A program made the position numbers and the translations under genes. DNA of 63,356 nucleotides, counting the filler, from Rhabdomonas costata (Eukaryota), in the NCBI GenBank assembly GCA_019059605.1. It is 26 parts of 26 records of this genome, joined end to end, with 100 filler letters (N's around TTAATTAATTAA, not from the genome) between each part and the next. Parts side by side here need not be neighbours in the genome. Positions count along the whole stretch, not along the records: positions 61,020 to 63,356 come from JAHMHO010003940.1; 25 more parts are not named here. One strand, 5' to 3'. Positions 62,600 through 63,356 of this stretch are shown here, piece after piece. The notes below the pieces were generated by a model. The model had not been told where the DNA came from. It searched no databases and saw nothing but the letters and a program-made list of their open reading frames with translations. Position 1 is the stretch's first letter. Each line of letters opens with the position of its first letter.

Positions 62600-63356
62600 C
62601 TGCAAAAAAAAACGGGCAGCGAGACCGAAGACGCAGAACAGAACATACAGGACGCTGGGGTGTCAAATTTTTGAGGTGAGTGGGTCATCTTCCAAGCTTT
62701 GGACCAATTCTTGGTTAAGTCCATTACTTCTCTCAAACTTCACAGCTGAGTACCAGCATAACCAGCAAAAACAATACCAAGATTGTGTGTGTTGCCCATG
62801 TGCGTGTCTTCTTGCCTTGTTTTGATGTGCAACTCTCCTTCGCCCCTGTGATGTCCTATGCCGCTGTAAAACAGTTCTTTCCTTCCACCTAAACTGTGAA
62901 CATTTTTAACTGGGATGCAGAAATTGTTCCACACAATATATATAACACACAATATGCATGTATTGTGTGTATAGCATTTAAGAAGGGGCAGGAAGCGGGC
63001 GATGTGCTGTGTAACTAAAGTACCGTCAAAAAGACTTTTCCAAGCAAGGAATAAAAAACAACCATTCGAAAAGTCTTCGAGTGGACAAGATCTGCACACC
63101 TCGCGGAATAAATCCGTATGGAGGCCCCGATAAGGGAAATTCCACACTTGGACCACCCATCCAGCGAGTCAGACCCGAGGAACACGCTCTGCCCACACAG
63201 AGCCGCGTCGCAGAAGGAAGAAGCAGCATTTGCAACAGTCACGCAATCAAACGAAAAAGAAAAGAAAAGAAAAGGGGGGAGGAAGCAAGAAGAAGAGCAG
63301 TCTCTATTGGAATTCCAATGAGGTAAGGACACCACCAAACCAACCACACCCACCAC

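Overview
This window is not one locus. It is 26 unrelated contigs of about 2.34 kb each, joined by 25 artificial 100-nt spacers (N44-TTAATTAATTAA-N44), so nothing can be inferred across spacers. The DNA is from an intron-rich eukaryote with GT-AG introns, short GC-rich exons and no operons or prokaryotic signals. It is flagellated (RSPH1-like and CFAP44-like exons). It is most plausibly a euglenozoan such as a euglenid, inferred from the expanded TM-Cache-TM-HAMP and 'EWMY' cyclase-like family and from AG acceptors just upstream of start codons. G/T-only contig starts, C/A-only contig ends and fold-back inverted repeats point to whole-genome-amplified material. Most ORFs in the supplied track are spurious, so I rebuilt the exons by hand. 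Recognisable fragments are: NEK C-terminus, clathrin light chain, a WRNIP1/MgsA fragment, PDI, an SLC25 carrier, a kelch-like protein, a C2 protein, CFAP44, RSPH1, TRF4/PAPD5, DHX29/57, DDI1, an NDK-like protein, four receptor/cyclase-like paralogue fragments, and decayed LTR and non-LTR retroelements. The best candidates for undescribed biology are four. (1) A phytocyanin-type blue-copper domain fused to an exon-per-module Cys-rich repeat. (2) A sensor-cyclase family that includes a catalytically degenerate domain. (3) A tandem array of a small, putatively myristoylated GY-tailed protein. (4) An intron-bearing gene with a divergent NDK-like domain. I found no CRISPR array, tRNA, rRNA or SL RNA by eye. 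All family calls are motif recognition from memory, without database searches.
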